Origin: the human T2T-CHM13v2.0 reference genome, Homo sapiens
Assembly: GCF_009914755.1 (NCBI RefSeq)
Contig: NC_060935.1
DNA: 64,000 nucleotides
Direction: 5' to 3' (one strand)
The position numbers and the translations under genes were made by a program. Below the pieces are notes generated by a model. That model was not told the DNA's origin, did not search any database, and was given only the letters and a program-made list of their open reading frames with translations. Of this stretch, positions 1 to 20,017 are shown in pieces. Numbering within the stretch: the stretch's first letter is position 1; each line of letters starts with the position of its first letter.

Positions 1-79
1 TCTGAGGGCTGTTCTTCCAGCTGGTCCCCTTGGACACTTTTCTAAGGCCCCCCCACTTCCCTTCATGACCACAGCTCAC

Positions 80-231
80 CAGTATCTCTCCCGAGAGCAC
101 CTCGAGGAGCCTCAGCAGGTTGCGTCCGTCCCGGAGGTCGCTGTACAGGTCCCCCACCCGGCACGTGACCCGGGCCAGGTGCGAGTTTACCCACTTGGTG
201 AAGGTTTTCTTCTGCACAGCTTCTCGTTCAT
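80..231 (-). CDS. SPTBN2: SPTBN2 second coding exon (start of CH1 actin-binding domain)
   Basis: ccaccacag|AT acceptor (AG at 232-233) and CTG|gtgagc donor; 152 nt; phase-1 entry gives [51 protein letters not shown], the beta-spectrin CH1 start. Confidence 0.97.
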
Positions 232-451
232 CTGTGGTGGCAACATGGGTTTATTTCTGTCCCTCGAGTTCAGTATGCCTGCTTCTAAACACCAGTTGGC
301 AGGGGTGGGGGATGGAGAAGCCTGAGAGATGGGAAGCGGGGTCCTCTAAGGAGGAGGAAGGGAAGGAAGATGACCGGGAGGAAAGCCCGTAACTTGCAAT
401 GAGCTCATAAGCAAGGTAAAGAAGAAAGATGAAAGACAGAAAATAGGCGAA

Positions 452-873
<422 letters not shown>

Positions 874-2692
874 TCATTCATCAGAGCCCCAATGTCTCAT
901 CTGTAAAATGGGAACATCACTTTCTACTTCAACAGGTCATTGTGTTGATTAAATGAGATAAGGTATATAAAACAACTAGTTGGTGCCTGGCACAAAATGG
1001 CTCCTTGGTGAGCTGCTGTTATAAAGTGGTGTGATCTGGCCCGAAGGAGAGCAAGAGCTGCCCAGGCCGGTGGGAGGTATGGCTGTTCTCTTTTGGTTGC
1101 AGACAAAGGAGAAGGTGTGGGCTAAAATTATTGCAGCGGCTCTTCCAAGCGGTCATTAGGACTTGATGGTATAGAGGCTGCAGGCCTCCTGAGTCAGCTT
1201 ACTGTCCTTGGATAACTTAAAGAAAAGGCAGGCTCCTCTGCTTCTGGGGGTTGGGGACAGTACATTCAGCTGGCTGCAAGGGGATCCAGTTCCAGGACAT
1301 AAACACCCCATTGCTTAGAAGAACAAGATGTTGAGAGTTGGGAACTGGGAAAACAGTGAGGCCAGGAAACATGGGGGAAAAAAAGCCAGGCAGAGTTAGG
1401 TACCAATCTCAAAAAAAAGTTAGGCAATGCCCTGCTGCCCAGCCCACAGGGGAGGGGAGCTACTGAAGAGGGGAAGTAAATACTAGGTTCCGTAGGAAAA
1501 TAAAAATTAAGAACGTTCTAAGTGACAAAGTGAAAGCATCAGAAACTGCTCTGGTGATGAGGATTTCTGCCACTTTCCCACAGAGAGCCCTGTGCAAGGA
1601 CCCAACCCAAGTGGCTGGGGTCTGAAGAGTCACTTTTGCTTCCGTCTCAGCACCAGCATCTCAGAAACCGGAAAGACTCATCCCTTAATCTCACATTCCT
1701 AAGCACCTCACCCATAAGACACAGCAACACACCCACGTCGCTCCGTGTCTTTCACCTCCAGCCACTATACTGGCACCAAACCTGGGGTCCTAATAACATG
1801 GGACGGCCCCATGCTCCCCAGCACCCATGAAACCAAGGTGCCTTGGGGCCTCCCGGCAGGTCTACAGGCCCCATCTGAGCCAGGAGGAGCGTGGGTCACA
1901 GGCCATTGCTGGATCCAGGGGCACTGCCCTACTGCTGGGCACCCTGGGGTGAGGCCATTTTGGCACACAGTCAGAAGACACAGAATTAGTGGCAACTAGG
2001 AGGAAAATGGGCAAAGCCAAGCACCAGAAACCAAGTGTCACGTCACAAGACGCCCACAGCATCCCTAGATCCTTACACACACACACACAACAGTGATTCC
2101 CAAAAACACACCTAAGCACTTGTGCCAGAGTGAACACACACCTGCGCAGACATCTACCTGGGCCTGTTTGCACAGATCCTCTCCTTCGAGACACTCCCTT
2201 TGCTTCCACACACACTGCCCCCGTGTACACATTCAGACACACGCTCAGAGGCCTGGAAAACACAATCTCCAGGTCCCTGGGCCTGGCTCACCCCTCCGCC
2301 TCCCCTAACTGTCCTGGCCAGCGCTCCACCGCCAGATCCGGATCCACCTCAGAGGCACTGCTGGCGCCTCCCCAGGTGCTGGCACCCCCACGCCCTCCAT
2401 GGCTAGTTGCCTTTGCTCCATGCAGCACCCCAAGGCCCGGCAGTCACACCCACCCATGCCATCATACACGGTCCCTGCCAGCAGGTCCAAGCCTTTCCCC
2501 ATTCCGTTGACATCTGTGTATTTTCCGGCCTCTTGTAATTATCCCCTCTAAGCTGCATCACGTTGTCTCCCAACACAAACACTGGAGTCACACTGTGTCC
2601 TGTGCCAGGTCCTCAGCTCCGGCCACTCTCCCCACACCCAGGTCCCTCTCGCCCAGGCACAGTCGTCCCCACAGGGGGCCCCCGGGCCTCAC

Positions 2693-2870
2693 CTTGCAGC
2701 TGTTTGAAGCGTCCTTCCAGCACGCTGGCATACTGAGCAGGGTTGATGAAAGCAGCTGGTGAAAGCAGGAGGCCCCCGGGGTTGTGGGCCCCTTCCACAG
2801 CCTCATAGTAAAACTCGCTGGCCTCATGCAGGCCGTTCCCGTGCACCCTGCTCACTCCGTTCCCATTCAT
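2693..2870 (-). CDS. SPTBN2: Candidate alternative first coding exon of SPTBN2 (59 aa, ELF-like N-terminus)
   Basis: agcATG start (A at -3); ORF MNGNG...LSPAAFINPAQYASVLEGRFKQLQ; CAAG|gtgagg donor in phase 1, compatible with exon 80-231; LEGRFKQLQ-DERE matches the SPTBN1 alternative N-terminus as I recall it. Confidence 0.8.
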
Positions 2871-3816
2871 GCTGCCAGCTGCTAGTTACAGAGCCCAGGG
2901 CCCAGAGTCCATGCTCCCCGCTGGCAGGGGGCCAGTTTCTGTTCCCCAGTGGAACCTCAGGCTGGAGTCCAGCGTCAGGGGATTCAAGAATGGTGGGAAT
3001 TTCAAGGAGTGGCAAAAAGAGTTACGGGGTGTCCCGAACTCCTGAGACAGAGAGTGGGGGCACGCCTGGCTGCGGTGAGAGGAGACAGGCGGCTCCAGAC
3101 AAACAGGTTGGACAGTGTTGGGGAGGGGAGAGAGGCGGAGTGTGGCCGGCGGGGGCAGGGCCAGGCCCTGCGGGGCGGCGGAGGAGGGCACTGCCAGCGC
3201 CTTCAAGACCCGCCCATCAGGCCCCAAGTTACCTAACAATGCACAGGACCCACGAGAGGGGCCCCCAATGCAAACTCCTGTTTCCCAGAGGTTTGCAGGA
3301 ACAGCGAGGGCGACCCCTCTCTGGGTGACTCTGGGAGGTCCTTCTCCAGGATGTGTGGGCTTTGAGCCCCAGCTCAGAAACAGACAAAGAGAAATCTGGA
3401 AACGAGGAAATCCTCAAAGAGGAAAAGCCAGGCACTGTGCGAGGCATTTTCCTTCACTCCCTCATCTGTGAAACGAGGGCTGTTACCATCCTTTCCACTT
3501 GCTTATCACCACCTCCAGTGCCAGCCCCTTCCCTGCCCTCTGGCCCACCAGGGCCATCCTCCACCAGGCCATCCCTGCCCCCAGACGCCCCGCTGCTGGG
3601 CACATATACCAGGCGCCCTTCCTCTGGGCTTCAGCGTTTGTCATGTGCAGCCTACACTTGCCCTTCCTCATCTTCATTCATTCAGTGTTTATTTGACACC
3701 TACTGGCTGGAGACACAGTGCTAGGCAAATCCCATGCAGAGCTGCCTCTTCAGGAGAGCCCAGTTCAGTGGTGGAGATAAACACCCAATGAGAGCACGAG
3801 GTCACACAGATGTGTG

Positions 3817-4015
3817 CACAGACATGGTGACAGTGCTGGGTGGCCCAAGTTATGTGCAGCCAGACATGGTGACAGTCCTGGGTGGCATGTGTCCTATGTA
3901 CACAGGCATGGTGAGAGTCCTGGGAGGCATGTGTCCTATGTACACAGGCATGGTGACAGTCCTGGATGGCATTTGTCATGTGTGCAAACATGGTGGGTGG
4001 CACATGTTGTACACA
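3817..4015. repeat. Minisatellite, about 4.5 copies of a 42-bp unit
   Basis: Unit caggcatggtgacagtcctgggtggcatgtgtcctatgtaca repeated; gives 14-aa periodicity in ORFs on both strands. Confidence 0.9.
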
Positions 4016-4508
4016 CATAGACATCATGACAGTTCTAGAGGCTACATGAATCCAAAACCAGAGTGCCAGGAACATTTTCCCCAAACATGACATTCTCCAT
4101 AACCCACACCTTCTGTCTTCTCTGATGTATAGACACACTGGTAGGAGTGTTTCACAGCCGGCCTGAAGACCCAACCAGAAGGACAGAGAGGCCCAGGAGA
4201 AAATGAGAAGGGGTCCTGGGAAGCTATGGCTGCCACAAGGGGGTCCTCAGACTGGTGCTGAGCTGGCTCAAAAGAATCACTTGGGGAGCTTTTGAAAAAT
4301 CCTGAGTTCTGGACCAAGATTCTAACTTATTGTGTCTAGGGAGGGGCTTGGAAACCTGTATTTGTAAAAAACATCCCTGGGTGATCCTGTAAAACATGTG
4401 GCCAGGTTTGGGAACCTCCCCCTTGGAGTCTCTCTTCTTCTAGTGGCCAACCCCCACCCCCACTCGGAGCACCACCTCTCGGTGAGAGTAGCTGGGACCC
4501 CTCAGACT

Positions 4509-4677
4509 GGGTTGGGTTGGGCTGGGCTGGGCAGCCAGCAGGTCAATGGCAATGACAAGAGTGGGATGGAGGAGGAAGCCAGACGGGGTAGGTGGCCTTG
4601 GGGTGTGTGGGTGAGTCAGCCCCATGCCAGCCACTGGTGGTGTCAGGTGGCAGCCGCACTCTTGTTGCCATGACAAC
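4509..4677. promoter_or_regulatory. Intronic motif cluster: G4, AP-1 site and RFX X-box
   Basis: GGGTTGGGTTGGGCTGGGCTGGG at 4509-4531; TGAGTCA at 4612-4618; GTTGCCATGACAAC at 4664-4677. Confidence 0.5.
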
Positions 4678-5333
4678 TCCTCCCCCGGAAGACAGGGAGG
4701 CCGTTGGACGAGTTTCCGCTCAGAGCGGAGAGCCCAGGCCCTGGGCTGCAGGGAAGAGTAGGAGCCAAGGCAGGCAGAGAGCACACCAGGGAGAATGGGC
4801 GGCTGCAGAAACCAGCAGCAGCGGGTGGAGGGAACCTGCTTCAGGGAACAGGCAGATGAGATAATGGGAGTAACAGGTGGCAGGTGGAAGGAACAGGTGG
4901 AGAGGGAGCAGAGGGGAATAATAGACTGGGAACAGGTGTGGGAAATGACAGTGGAAATCAAAGAAGACACAACAAGGGCATGACAGGTAAGGGAGAGGTA
5001 GGCGGAGAAAGGAGTGGCAAGAGCGAGAGTGCCGAAGGATGAAGGGACATGACCCGGGGGCTGAGGCCAGAGAGGGAAGCTGTTTTAGTCAGCTCAGCCA
5101 GTCCAGGGGCCAGTGAAGCGTCTCTATGCTTGGGGGGAAGAGCTGGGGAAAGTTCTGAATGGCCTGGAGCCTATTCTTGAGGCTGGATGTGGGGACCAGG
5201 GAATTGATAGAGTGCTCTGGGTCTCCCACTTAGAAAGAAAAGTCAGTCTTCCCATAAAGTTAAAGGGCTCTTCATGACGAGCTGACAAAGCCTCCTCCAG
5301 CATCCCCCCACCTCGACCCTCCTCTGACCTCAC

Positions 5334-5490
5334 CTGCCAGAGCCTTAATGCGAGACCTCTCAAAGAGGCGGGCCGAGCTGCTGTCATTGTCCCAGTCCGA
5401 GTCAGGAAGGTCCCAGCGGTTGTTGATGTCACTGTACTGGCCCTGGATTTCCAAGCTGTCAAAGTCTGTGGGTGACAGCGTGCTGCTCAT
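5334..5490 (-). CDS. SPTBN2: SPTBN2 first canonical coding exon (exon spans 5334-5512 including 22 nt of 5' UTR)
   Basis: accaccATG Kozak; [52 protein letters not shown] is the beta-III spectrin N-terminus; acceptor ccttgcag|, donor GCAG|gtgagg, phase 1. Confidence 0.98.
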
Positions 5491-5599
5491 GGTGGTAGGC
5501 GGCTTCCTGCTCCTGCAAGGAGAATGTGGCCAGTGAGGGGTGTCCAGGGACCACCAAGCCCTCCACTCACCACCGGGGCCTTCTGTCTTCTTGCCCTAC

Positions 5600-5690
5600 C
5601 TGTGCTCCGCTCTCCTTGTGGCCAGAGGCTGCGGTTGGCTGCTCAGTGGAAATCAGCCCCCAGGGGAAGAGGGGAAGCCACCTGGGAAGC
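5600..5690 (-). other. SPTBN2: SPTBN2 5' UTR exon (91 nt)
   Basis: Pyrimidine tract plus ccccag| acceptor and CAG|gtaggg donor; 87-nt intron to the ATG exon. Confidence 0.75.
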
Positions 5691-5976
5691 CTGGGGACGG
5701 GAATACATCAGAAGCACAGAAAGTGAAGCAGGAAGGCAGCAGCAGCTCAGAGCAATGCGGTGGTCAGGAAAGGCTCCAACGACTTCGGGCCAGAGAGGGA
5801 CGGGTTTGCGGGGTGAAGAAAGGGGTGATGGGCTTCAGTGCTTCAGACAGCAGTGTGCAGCCCAGGGTAATGCAGGCAGCACATATGGGGCCCCACAGGC
5901 AATAATGACTAGAAAGTGGCATTCTTTCCTTCTACAAACTGTTTTGAGCCCATGATCAACCCAAGATGGCCTACTA

Positions 5977-7168
<1,192 letters not shown>

Positions 7169-7538
7169 TTAAGTTACTGGTTCAAGGTCACGCAGCCGGA
7201 AGAAACAGTGCCGGGTTTTGAAAAGTTCTTTCTGACTCTGGGGGACACGCTCTTAATCGCAGCCTCTTGAACATAGAACATACACAGGTTCCTCAACCGT
7301 CTTAGAGGCTCATCCCAGACGGATGAGCAGCCGTGGCTCCTGCCTAGGGCCCAGGCTGGGGAAATGTGGACCAGCACTACTTACGGCTCTAACTTACGCA
7401 AACACACTCTGTCCTCAAAACTAAAAAATGAGGTTCAGAATATCTGCTGGGGATAAAAAAAAAAAAACCTCTACTGTCCAAAGTTCTTGTGTAATTTAGC
7501 ATTCAGCAGCATTCAAGAGAGGAGGAGGGGACTGGGTC

Positions 7539-9201
<1,663 letters not shown>

Positions 9202-10534
9202 AAGGGGCCCAACTGGGAGCCAGACCCTCCAGGGAAGTCCAACTGTTAGAATGTCTCTGCGGATTCCTACCATTACCAGGAGAAAGTATGGAGCTAGAAC
9301 CTCCTCTTCCCCCAAATAAAACCTCAGCCACTTAAATGCTCCTCTCTCCAAATTGAATTTGAAGCATGCATGCTGTGTGTTCTGAGTTTCCAGAAATGCT
9401 GTGATATGGATCAGGAACCAAGCTGGCACTGGTGTCCTTAGATCACAGACCCCCACAGGGCCACCATGTTGCAACTCCACAGCCTTCCATGTGAATGGTG
9501 CTCTCTGGCATTGTTCAGCATGTGGCTCTGAGGCTCTGCTACCTTTGTGTCTCTAGGTCTTGGTTTCCAAGCATTCTGGCTCTGTAGCTCCCTGGCCTTT
9601 TGGACAATATGCTGTGTTCTCAGCTTGTGTCCCCTGCTGCCATCTCTAGATTCCCACTGATTTCTATTTGCTTTTCTCCTACACATATCCAGCGCTGGTT
9701 TCTTGCCACTGAGTAGATCATTCCTCACCTATGACCAGGGTCTCCATGCTCACATTTCCTCAGTCGGCCAGCAGCCCCCCAGCTTCATGACCCCCTGTCA
9801 TGAGGAAGCTGGAGAATCCTCAATCGTCCTCTCTTCCACAGATTCCTGAAGTCTGGCAATAGGGTGGTGCAGTAGCTAATCCAGATTACAGTCTCATCAT
9901 ACCTTATTCTTAGCAATTGACCTCAAGGCCAGGCCCAAGTAGCTTACACTGTTAGTGCTAGAAGAATGCCAACCCCCGCCGGCTGCAGGCTTGGGGTCCT
10001 GCTGGAATGTACTCCAGGCGCTGCTGGAGGCAGACTAGGCTCACCGTGCCGATCCTCCAGGGCAGTTTTCCTCTCTTTCAGCTGACATGTTAAGCTAGAA
10101 ATCCTATACCCTGGGCTACAGGCTGCCTTGTATCCTAATTCTTCCTCTCACCACATCCTGCTCCTGATGAATTATTTCCCTCCCTCAGAGTTGATCATTC
10201 CCTCCTCTGTGCTTCCAGGGCACTTCGGCATGCAGCTAGTATTGTACTTATCACATCGCATTACGGTTAGTTGTTTACGTGTCTCTCTGCCCGCTCCACA
10301 TTTAACTCATTGAGGACAAGGGCTGTCTTACTCGTTTTGGTGTTTTTCCAGACTCAGTACAACAGATATTCAATAAAGAGATATTGAATGACTTGACTAT
10401 AATTCATTTTTTTTGGCCATGGAATTAATGTCTTTCTTAGGACTAGAGAGAAGCTCAAGGAAAGAATGAACACGGGATTGGAGAAGACCTGCTCCTGGGC
10501 TGGAATACTTTCAGGGTTGAGCTCAACAGCTCAG

Positions 10535-10715
10535 GTCTGGGGATTCTCAAACTTCCATGAATCACAACAACCTGGAGGACTGTTAAATCACAGGTCACCC
10601 CCCTATCCCCCAGTTTACGATTCAGTACTTCTGGGGTGGTACCTGGGAATGTGCATTTCTAACCTGTTCCCGGGTGACACTGAAGCTAATGGTCTGGGGA
10701 CCACACTTTGAGGGC
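10535..10715. mobile_element. MER5A-like hAT MITE
   Basis: ttctcaaactt ... tgcatttctaac ... ggaccacactttgag termini. Confidence 0.7.
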
Positions 10716-11719
10716 CACCCTTGTCCAAAGATGAGAAGCAGCTGGAATTGGTTAGAGGAGCCATGAGTGTTGAGAAGACACAAAGTTTCAGGGGTGAGTG
10801 TGACCCAGGGTTAGCTTCTAGGTCTGCTCAGGCCCTACCCCACACTAAACTCAAATATCACTTCCCCTCAGGAGCTCAGGCGATGGGAGAGGAAGATGAA
10901 GATGGAGTAGGTACCACAGGTAATGAAAGAAACAGCACAGCGAACCGCAGATATGCGGGAGGAGAACGGCAGAGCTAGAGAAGTCACGGGAAGGCAGAGT
11001 TGAACAAATGACAGTGAGATGAATAATAGATTAGAAGAAATGGGGACTTTGGCAAAGTTCAAATCTTATTTGCTTCTAAGTATAAATGGGTGGACTGGCA
11101 GAGAGATAAAACGAAAAAGAAGTCACAAATCAGCTCAGGGCCTCCAGGAAGGCAAGAGAAAGATGGGCCCAGGGCAGAAGGAAGGAACAGCAAAACCCCG
11201 ACCCACCTCTCAGACTGTGTTCCTGATCAATTCCCTCGGAGGAAGTTAGGAACTGGGCTGAAGAGGGGGACTGAAATTTTATTTTCTCTTCTAGAATCCT
11301 CCAGTTATGGCAGATTTATTCAAATATTCAGATTCTTCACTCCCTTGCTATCTCCCTTCCCCAACCCGGGGTCACATCAATTTCTCTAAGGGAAGAATGT
11401 AAACTCCATCCTATCTTCTCCTCGGCCAATCCTTTGCCTTTCTGAATAAGCCAAGAGGTTGCCCCACACCTCAAGCTAAGACACATATTTGGAACTCACT
11501 CTGCCCCTCTTCACCTTCAAGGAAAACTGGTTTGTTGCTACCTCTGCCCATACCTGAAACCCCCGGGCTCTCCAGCGTTGGAACTGTGGCTGCTCCGAGA
11601 GGGGGAGGGCAGACGACATGTAGCAGGTTAAGACCGGGGCAAACCTGCACCTCACACAAGCATGCAATGTCCTGGGGTCAATGGGGTAAAGTTCCAAGCG
11701 AGTGGAAGGTAAATCACGA

Positions 11720-13190
11720 CTGTGGCACCGGAGCCGGAACACCCCCGCGAGCAGGCCTTGCTGGGTAGTTCCGTGCGGGGCGGACCGCACAGCCCTATCA
11801 GCTTCCTGGCCACAGAAACGCCGCACGCGGCCGCTTCCCCGCCGCCCGAAGCGTCTGCTTTCTCCCCGGGCCAGTTCCGGCCACCACAGCCAACCGCGTG
11901 CCCCTCTCCCACACACTGTGGGGGAACAGAAGGGAGCGCGTGGAGCCAGCTGCCAAAGAGGCGAGGAGGAGCCCACGCGGCTCCGGGGAGGAGGGAGCCC
12001 GGCTCCCGCAGTCCGCCGGGCAGAGGCGGCCGAGCGCGCCCCCAGCACCTGGCCCGGCGCCGGCCCGTCCGCCCCGCAGCCCCGGCGACGCGAGGGGCCG
12101 GCGCTGTCAGACCCGCTCCCAGCCTCGCCGCGAACGTGTCCGTCAGCCCTAACTGTTCCAGACTCTTCTCCCGGCTCCAGAGAGGCCCGAGTCCCCCCCC
12201 CTCGGCCTTGGCCCCCACCGCCCTCATCCCGGTACCTGTGTGGCTGGCACGGGACCCTCTCCGTCCCGTCCCCGCCTGCTCCCGCCCCGGCTCACCCCGG
12301 CCGCCGGGACCCGACCCCGACCCCGACCCCGACCCCGCCGACCGCACGCGGCCGGACAAAGCGCGCCGCCCCGCGGGCCGGGACAAAGCGGGCGGGGCGC
12401 CGGCACCTACCTCGGCGCGGAGCCGCGGCCGGGCGGGCGGGGGCGCGGCGGGCGGGGGCGCACCGGTAGTTGCCGCGCCTGCAGCCCGGCCGCGACGGGC
12501 GGTTGCAGGCAGCGGCCGGGCGCACGGCGGGCGGCGGGCGGGCGCTGTCACGGGGCGCAGGCGGCGCGGGGGGCGCGCGGGGCGGGCGGCGGCGGGGCGC
12601 GTGGCGGCGGCGCGCGGGCGCGAGCGGCGGGACTGCGGCGCCGCGGAAGGAGGACAATAGCCTCCCCCTGCCGCAGGCCGCCGGCTCCCGCGGGAGGCCC
12701 GGGACCATCTGGAGCCGGCGGCCCCGCGGGGCTCTGGGCGGGGCCCGAGTCGCCCCTTCCCCGCCCAGCGCCATGGCAACCGAGGCCCCTCTCGGTGCTC
12801 CCCGCCGCTCCCCGCCCGGGGTAGTTGACCTGCCTCGGGGCGAACGCGGCAGCAGCTCCGAGGCCGGCTGCCGACCCCCAGCCACCTTCCGTGCGGGGTC
12901 CCCCCAAAACCCCGCCTTCCCGTCCTCGCTGGTCCCTGGGTCCCCCACCACAGCTTACAGGTCTTGATCTCCCCGGTTCGGACACCTCACCTTTGTCCCT
13001 ATTCTGCTTTTCCTCCAAAATCCGTATCCCCGAGACACGCGATCCTTCCTCTAATGACACTGCCGACGAGGTTTCCCGAGATCCAGCCTCCGTTCCCCTT
13101 TCCTCTCCGGGCACCTCCAGTCCGTCTCCGCTAAGCATTCCTCTCACCCGTCCCCTCGCTCTCGCGTCCTCCTTCAGGCAGCTGGGCCGG
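11720..13190. promoter_or_regulatory. SPTBN2: SPTBN2 CpG island / promoter
   Basis: Very high GC and CpG, many GGGCGG boxes, X-box-like CCATGGCAAC at 12771-12780. Confidence 0.9.
12411..12500 (-). other. SPTBN2: Candidate SPTBN2 non-coding first exon (5' end uncertain)
   Basis: Strong donor GAG|gtaggt at 12411/12410 inside the CpG island. Confidence 0.5.
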
Positions 13191-13610
13191 CTCTCCCTCC
13201 CAGAACATCTCCATGGCACAGTGAAGATTCGTCTTCTACAGATCAGATGCTCCAAACAGGCATCTCAGCGCTTCTCAGCTCCTCTCATTTATCAACCAGG
13301 AGAATTCCGGCCTAGTCACCGTCTTGAGGGGGGTGGGGGTGGGGGCAGACATTTCTAGGCCTGACACGGCTGGGTTTCTCCTTGGTTTGTTAGCGTCTGA
13401 GTGGTCTAAGGTCCAAGGTCCTTAACCAAGGTGAACTGCTGCCTGCTTAGGAGAGGAAGGAATTATGCCCAAATCATGACAAACTCACAGAGTGCCAGGT
13501 GGGTGCTAAAAGCGCATCATCTCATGTGACACTCCCACCCCCACTCCAGCTCTGAGAAGTAGGTGCTGTTCTTCCAGATTAGAGAACTCAGCTCAGAGAT
13601 GAGCCAGTGG
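12991..13610 (-). other. SPTBN2: Candidate SPTBN2 non-coding first exon (5' end approximate)
   Basis: Strong donor AAG|gtgagg at 12991/12990 at the island edge; the 5' boundary is not determinable from sequence and comes from my recollection of the annotation. Confidence 0.55.
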
Positions 13611-13976
13611 TAACAGGGTGAGCTTTGTACAGAGCCGTTAGGTTATGTACTGCCCCTGAAGATGAGGGCCCGTTTCTATCCAGGGAATGCCTGAAATGGT
13701 CAAGTAAGGGCACTCAAAGAATGGGCTTTGAGTGAATTATTGGATTTAAGGTTTTATAATAGATTTATGGGTAATTTAGGATTTTGCTCCTTTCTGAAAA
13801 GGTATGCATACTGAAACAAATATGTGCAATTGAAGTACTTTCCAGATATGGTTTTGACAACCCTAACTAGTGGTGTCATCTACCTCGCCTTGGTTTTCCT
13901 AGTCTATAAAATGGGTTGGGAGGAGGGTTGGGGAGTTCCATTGAAAGATTACTTTGAAGTTCTCTCCTAGCTCTGA

Positions 13977-14909
<933 letters not shown>

Positions 14910-15019
14910 TTACGGGAACTAAGGGTCTCAATGACAGCCTATAATATCGTGACCCAATTAGAAGTCAAGGGTATTAAGTCTTATGATTAGCAAAATAATA
15001 TCTTTTATAATTTCCTATT

Positions 15020-19030
<4,011 letters not shown>

Positions 19031-19076
19031 GAATGGAAGAAAAGACCTTGGGAGAGAAGAGGAGTCCTTATTGTCA

Positions 19077-20017
<941 letters not shown>

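Noticed and set aside
3689-4174. His/Cys-rich repetitive ORFs; CRISPR-like array
   Set aside because: Products of the 42-bp minisatellite; no unique spacers, and the context is eukaryotic
11476-13358. Long overlapping ORFs (190-375 aa) on both strands
   Set aside because: Low-complexity Arg/Gly/Pro/Ala content from a stop-poor CpG island; no recognisable domain
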